From an uncultured bacterium (GTDB taxonomy: Bacteria; Patescibacteriota; Minisyncoccia; UBA6257; 2-01-FULL-56-20), in contig OY970382.1 of NCBI GenBank assembly GCA_963719425.1, positions 201,888 to 242,861 of the forward strand: DNA of 40,974 nt, given 5' to 3'. Positions 36,882 to 40,974 of the stretch are shown piece after piece. Both the position numbers and the translations under genes were made by a program. Under the pieces are notes generated by a model. It was not told the DNA's origin, searched no databases, and saw only the letters and a program-made list of their open reading frames with translations. The first letter of the stretch is position 1; each line of letters starts with the position of its first letter.

Positions 36882-37268
36882 ATGAACAAGAACAAAAAAC
36901 TGACCCCGGAGCAGCGCCGCGTGATGCGCGAAGGCGGCACGGAGGCGCCGTTTAGCGGTAAGTATGTAAACGAGCACGCGAAAGGAATGTACCGTTGCGC
37001 GGCATGCGGCGCGGGACTTTTTTCGTCCGATGCCAAGTTTGATTCCGGCACCGGCTGGCCGAGTTTCACTGAGCCGATGAATTTGGAGCACGTTGAACTG
37101 CGTCCGGACGCAAGTTATAGCATGCACCGTACGGAAGTGATTTGCAGGAATTGCGGCGCGCACCTCGGGCACGTTTTTGACGATGGGCCTAAGGAGAAAG
37201 GCGGCAAGCGGTATTGCATCAATTCGGTGTGCCTGGAACTGGAAAAGGCGGACGAAGCGAAAGATTAA
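36882..37268 (+). CDS. msrB: Peptide-methionine (R)-S-oxide reductase MsrB
   Basis: GTEAPF, CAAC, GTGWPSF, CRNCGAHLGHVFDDGP, RYCINS. Confidence 0.96.
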   Translation: MNKNKKLTPEQRRVMREGGTEAPFSGKYVNEHAKGMYRCAACGAGLFSSDAKFDSGTGWPSFTEPMNLEHVELRPDASYSMHRTEVICRNCGAHLGHVFDDGPKEKGGKRYCINSVCLELEKADEAKD

Positions 37269-37324
37269 ATTTTTATTAAAGGTTTGTTGACCTTTTTGTT
37301 TTGAGCGTTACTATGGAAGCCACC

Positions 37325-37660
37325 ATGGAAAAAATTCCAACGGGCATGTTGAATCCCGAGGCCGAGCGCTATTTCGGTGTTATCTTGGAACAGCTCAACG
37401 GAAAACTTGACCACTTGCTGGAGTATGTTCCAGTTTTGGATGAGAGGTTGAGGCAGTTGGAAATTCGTATTGAACGTATAGAAGCACATTTAGACGTCCT
37501 CGACGGGAGAGTTTTTGTGCTTGAGAAGTCGGCCATTAAAATCAAAGAAGAATTGGAGATGATACGGAAGAAATTAGATCGCCATATCCATGCCAGGGAA
37601 TACCTTATCTTGGAACGCCGTGTTACAAAGATTGAGAAAGCTTTGGCAATCTCGCATTGA
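37325..37660 (+). CDS. Small coiled-coil hypothetical protein
   Basis: Heptad pattern LDERLRQLEIRIERIEAHL; TTGACC-16-TACTAT promoter favours the ATG at 37325. Confidence 0.7.
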   Translation: MEKIPTGMLNPEAERYFGVILEQLNGKLDHLLEYVPVLDERLRQLEIRIERIEAHLDVLDGRVFVLEKSAIKIKEELEMIRKKLDRHIHAREYLILERRVTKIEKALAISH

Positions 37661-37674
37661 GTTATAATGGGGGT

Positions 37675-38856
37675 ATGATCCAGCGCGGGATTGCTTCGTT
37701 TGGGCTTGATTACGGCCGCTGTCCGCCGTGGCTTTTTGAGCGCATGGTGAAACTGGGCCGCGAGATGATGTATGTGCTCGTCGCGGAGTACGGGCCGGAC
37801 GAGTTCATCAAGCGAATTGCGGATCCGGTATGGTTCCAGTCGCTTGGCACGGTGCTCGCGTTTGACTGGAACGCATCGGGGCTCACGACGATACTAACGG
37901 CGGCGCTCAAGGAGGCCATCCGCGGCCACGAGCGCGACTTCGGCATTTTCATTTGCGGCGGGAAGGGGAAGACCTCGCGGAAGACGCCGGAGGAAATTGC
38001 CCAATGGGGTGAGCGCCTCTCACTTCCCGCACCCGCAGCAGCAAACCTTGTGTACAATTCCAAAATGAGCGCGAAGGTGGACAGCGCGCTCGTGCAGGAC
38101 GGTTTTCAGCTCTATCATCATTCGTTTTTCTTCTCGCGTAGGGGCGCGTGGGCGGTCGTGCAGCAGGGGATGAACAAGGAAGCGCGTTCGGCGCGGCGGT
38201 ATCACTGGTTCTCGGAGAACATCAACGATTTGGTTTGCGAGCCGCATTCGGGCATCTCGTCGCCCGTGGTGTTGAACCGGGTCTTGGACCTTACGGCAAA
38301 GCGCAGCGCCGAAACGCGGCAGATTTCCACCGAGCTTGTGCAAGCCGGCTACGCAACGCTTATGAAAGACATCAAACTCCTGCGCAAATATGCTTCGCCG
38401 CTTTCACAGATGGCGAAGTTTGAGAACAGCCGGGGAGAACAACTTACCCTTATGAACCTAAGAACGCGCGAGTTCAAGCGTCATCCCGTCGTGCACGAGG
38501 ATTTTTCAAAGAGCAAATATTTGGAAAAGGTTTTGGCGAGAGTGATGGACCGGAAGCCCGCGAATTATGAAAAACTGATTGCCATTCCCGGGGTGGGGCC
38601 GAAGACCGTCCGGGCGCTCGCGCTCGTTGGCGAGGTGATCTACGGAGCGAAGCCGTCCTACGAGGATCCCGCACGCTACAGTTTTGCGCACGGAGGCAAG
38701 GATGCAACGCCATATCCCGTGGACCGAAGGACGTTTGACCAGACGATCATGATGCTTGGCAATGCGGTGCGGAAGACGCGCCTCGCGCCGGAGCAAAAGC
38801 GAAAGGCGCTTGCGCGGCTCGGGAAGAGAGCAAGGAGTGCGGGGCAGATGCTATAA
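37675..38856 (+). CDS. DUF763-family protein
   Basis: LDYGRCPPWLFERM, DPVWFQSLG.VLAFDWNASG.TT, HhH IPGVGPKT, FAHGGKDA.PYPVD; TATAAT 6 nt before the ATG. Confidence 0.85.
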   Translation: MIQRGIASFGLDYGRCPPWLFERMVKLGREMMYVLVAEYGPDEFIKRIADPVWFQSLGTVLAFDWNASGLTTILTAALKEAIRGHERDFGIFICGGKGKTSRKTPEEIAQWGERLSLPAPAAANLVYNSKMSAKVDSALVQDGFQLYHHSFFFSRRGAWAVVQQGMNKEARSARRYHWFSENINDLVCEPHSGISSPVVLNRVLDLTAKRSAETRQISTELVQAGYATLMKDIKLLRKYASPLSQMAKFENSRGEQLTLMNLRTREFKRHPVVHEDFSKSKYLEKVLARVMDRKPANYEKLIAIPGVGPKTVRALALVGEVIYGAKPSYEDPARYSFAHGGKDATPYPVDRRTFDQTIMMLGNAVRKTRLAPEQKRKALARLGKRARSAGQML

Positions 38857-38857
38857 T

Positions 38858-40600
38858 TTGATTATTCAGACGCCTCAAACCAAAATCTGTCAGAATTGCA
38901 AAGCTCGGTTCACGATAGAACCGGACGACTTTGCGTTCTATGAGAAGATAAAAGTGCCACCGCCGACGTTCTGCCCGGATTGCAGACTGCAGCGGAAAAT
39001 GGCTCGCCGCAACGAACGGACGCTCTACAAGCGTGCTTGTGATTTTTGCCACTCGGACGTTATTTCCATGTATCCGAGGGGGAGCAAATTTAAGGTGTAT
39101 TGCAATGCATGCTGGTGGAGCGACAAGTGGGATCCGCTGGAATACGGCCGGGAATACGATTTTTCAAAATCGTTCTTTGAACAATTTTACGAATTGAGCC
39201 TGGCAGTTCCCCGGGTTGCCCTGTACCAGAAAAATCCGGTGAACAGCCCGTATACGAATCACACCGACCACCCCAAGGACTGCTATTTATGCGTTGATTC
39301 CGGCTTCAGTGAAAACGGGCTCTACTGCAAGTGGATCATCAACTGCCGCGATGTGATGGATTGCTACGGTGTTCTTGAATCGGAACTTTGTTATGAGCTT
39401 AATGAATGCGATAAATGCTCAAGAAGCAAATTTTTGTTCCTTTGCGCGGAATGTTTGGATTGCGCCTTTCTTTATGACTGCCGCGGATGCAACCATTGTT
39501 TTATGTCCTCAAACCTACGCAACAAAAGCTTTATGTTTGAGAACAAGCAGCTTTCAAAAGAGGAATACGAAAAAAGGATCGGTGCGATAAAAACTGGTAA
39601 TTCCCAAGTCCTCGCGCGGCTCCGGGAACAATTCGAAAATGAGGTGCTGAAGAAGAGCATCCGCAAGTATGCTACATTCAACAAGATCGTGAACTCTACG
39701 GGGGATTACCTCTTTGAATGCAAGAACGTAAGGCATAGTTTCCATGTCTACGAGTCCGAGAACGCTGCCTATAGTACAGACGCCGCAAATTTGAAGGATT
39801 GTTATGACGCTTATGAACCCGCGTTCAACTGTGAACAGCAATATGAATGTCATGCCGGTAATCGCCTGAGCTACTCCAAATTTTCCAGTATTTCCTACGA
39901 CAATCACCATCTTGAATACTGCGAAATGTGCCATGGCTCAAGCGACTTGTTTGGCAGCGTCGCCCTGCGGGATAAGCATTGTTGTGTTTTCAATAAGCAA
40001 TATTCCAAGGAAGAATACGAGATTTTGGTTCAAAAGATCAAAGGGCAGATGGCGCAGGTCCCCTTTCGAGATAAGGAGGGACGGCAATACCGATATGGTG
40101 AATTTTTTCCAATTGAGCACTCACCGTTCGCCTATGACGAAACGGTAGCTCAAGAATATTTTCCGCTTGATAAGGGTAATGCTCTCCGTCTTGGCTTTGC
40201 TTGGAGGGAGCGCGAAGAAAGAAACTACACCGCGACAAAAAGAGCTTCTGACGTGAAGGGACTGGACAATTCCTTATTGAACGAGATTTTTGAATGTGCA
40301 CACGGCGGCAAATGCCGCGAACAATGCACGGCGGCATTCCGTATTACGCCGGAAGAGCTTGTATTATATCGGAGATTTGAAGTCACAATTCCCGCGCTCT
40401 GCCCAAACTGCCGTCATTATGCACGGATCCGCCAACGGAATCCTCTTAAGCTTTGGCATCGATCCTGCCAGCGCCCCGGCGGCTCTGCGCTACATTTTCA
40501 TGGAAATCAAAAATGCCCCAACGAATTTGAGACAAGCTACGCCCCTGACCGGCCGGAGATTGTGTACTGCGAGCAGTGCTACAACGCGGAGGTAGCGTAG
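38858..40600 (+). CDS. Large Cys-rich zinc-ribbon/repeat protein of unknown function
   Basis: CQNCK, PPTFCPDCR, CNACW, periodic Cys repeats, C-terminal CP.CR and IVYCEQCY; TTG start is inferred. Confidence 0.8.
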   Translation: MIIQTPQTKICQNCKARFTIEPDDFAFYEKIKVPPPTFCPDCRLQRKMARRNERTLYKRACDFCHSDVISMYPRGSKFKVYCNACWWSDKWDPLEYGREYDFSKSFFEQFYELSLAVPRVALYQKNPVNSPYTNHTDHPKDCYLCVDSGFSENGLYCKWIINCRDVMDCYGVLESELCYELNECDKCSRSKFLFLCAECLDCAFLYDCRGCNHCFMSSNLRNKSFMFENKQLSKEEYEKRIGAIKTGNSQVLARLREQFENEVLKKSIRKYATFNKIVNSTGDYLFECKNVRHSFHVYESENAAYSTDAANLKDCYDAYEPAFNCEQQYECHAGNRLSYSKFSSISYDNHHLEYCEMCHGSSDLFGSVALRDKHCCVFNKQYSKEEYEILVQKIKGQMAQVPFRDKEGRQYRYGEFFPIEHSPFAYDETVAQEYFPLDKGNALRLGFAWREREERNYTATKRASDVKGLDNSLLNEIFECAHGGKCREQCTAAFRITPEELVLYRRFEVTIPALCPNCRHYARIRQRNPLKLWHRSCQRPGGSALHFHGNQKCPNEFETSYAPDRPEIVYCEQCYNAEVA

Positions 40601-40624
40601 TGGTGTGTGCTATAATAGAAATAC

Positions 40625-40903
40625 ATGGATACCTTGATCCACGCCGACATTTTCTTTTTTGTGACGACGATTGCAGTGGTTGTCGTGGCGGTGGTACTCA
40701 CGGTGGTGCTTATTTATCTTGCCAAGATTTTGAGCGATATCAAGAAAATCACGGCACAGGTGCATGAAGAAACCATCTTGTTCCGTGAGGACTTGCATGA
40801 TTTACGGATAGAAGTGCGGCGCGACGGGTTCAAGCTGCGGCATGTTATGGAATTTCTTGAGCGGCTCCGCCGCAGGAAGGCAACGCCAAGGTCGAGAAAA
40901 TAA
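40625..40903 (+). CDS. Small membrane protein (TM plus coiled coil)
   Basis: N-terminal TM; TGCTATAAT 8 nt before the ATG. Confidence 0.7.
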   Translation: MDTLIHADIFFFVTTIAVVVVAVVLTVVLIYLAKILSDIKKITAQVHEETILFREDLHDLRIEVRRDGFKLRHVMEFLERLRRRKATPRSRK

Positions 40904-40921
40904 ACCAAAAGATAGCACAAC

Positions 40922-40974
40922 ATGGTCATGAAGAAACGAATGAGAAAAATGGCGATGGAGGCCGGCGCGGGCGT
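40922..40974 (+). CDS. 3'-partial ORF
   Basis: MVMKKRMRKMAMEAGAG.. runs off the window edge. Confidence 0.4.
   Translation, partial: MVMKKRMRKMAMEAGAG

Overview
Mostly core-genome window of a small-genome Patescibacteria (CPR) bacterium, most likely Parcubacteria/Paceibacteria. This is inferred from the divergent standalone 16S gene, truncated HrcA, short RecO and SMC, and alpha2-type GlyRS. TGA is used as a stop, so the code is table 11. Housekeeping content: ychF, recR, dnaB, cysS, a corA-like gene, hrcA-grpE-dnaK-(membrane protein)-dnaJ with a CIRCE operator, rnhB-rpmF-nusB-rnc-smc, rpsP-khpA-efp, mnmA, 16S rRNA, rplS, recO, GlyRS, murA, mreB, holB-frr-rseP-msrB, DUF763 and a Cys-rich protein. 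The most unusual features sit at the three tRNA loci. (1) A complete tRNA-Lys(UUU) is clamped in an inverted repeat and nested inside the anticodon loop of a second, split tRNA-Lys. (2) Downstream of tRNA-Leu(GAG), three identical 15-bp T-loop-like repeats bracket two ~56-aa membrane ORFs in a cassette-like layout, with a free-standing LAGLIDADG gene on the other side. (3) A 5' tRNA-Ala fragment capped by a GAA hairpin lies upstream of tRNA-Ala(CGC). The 16S lacks the anti-Shine-Dalgarno tail, and many genes have a -10 box 6-8 nt before the ATG, which suggests leaderless translation. Several core enzymes carry substitutions at textbook catalytic or ligand positions. All calls come from reading the sequence and motifs by eye; no database searches were run.
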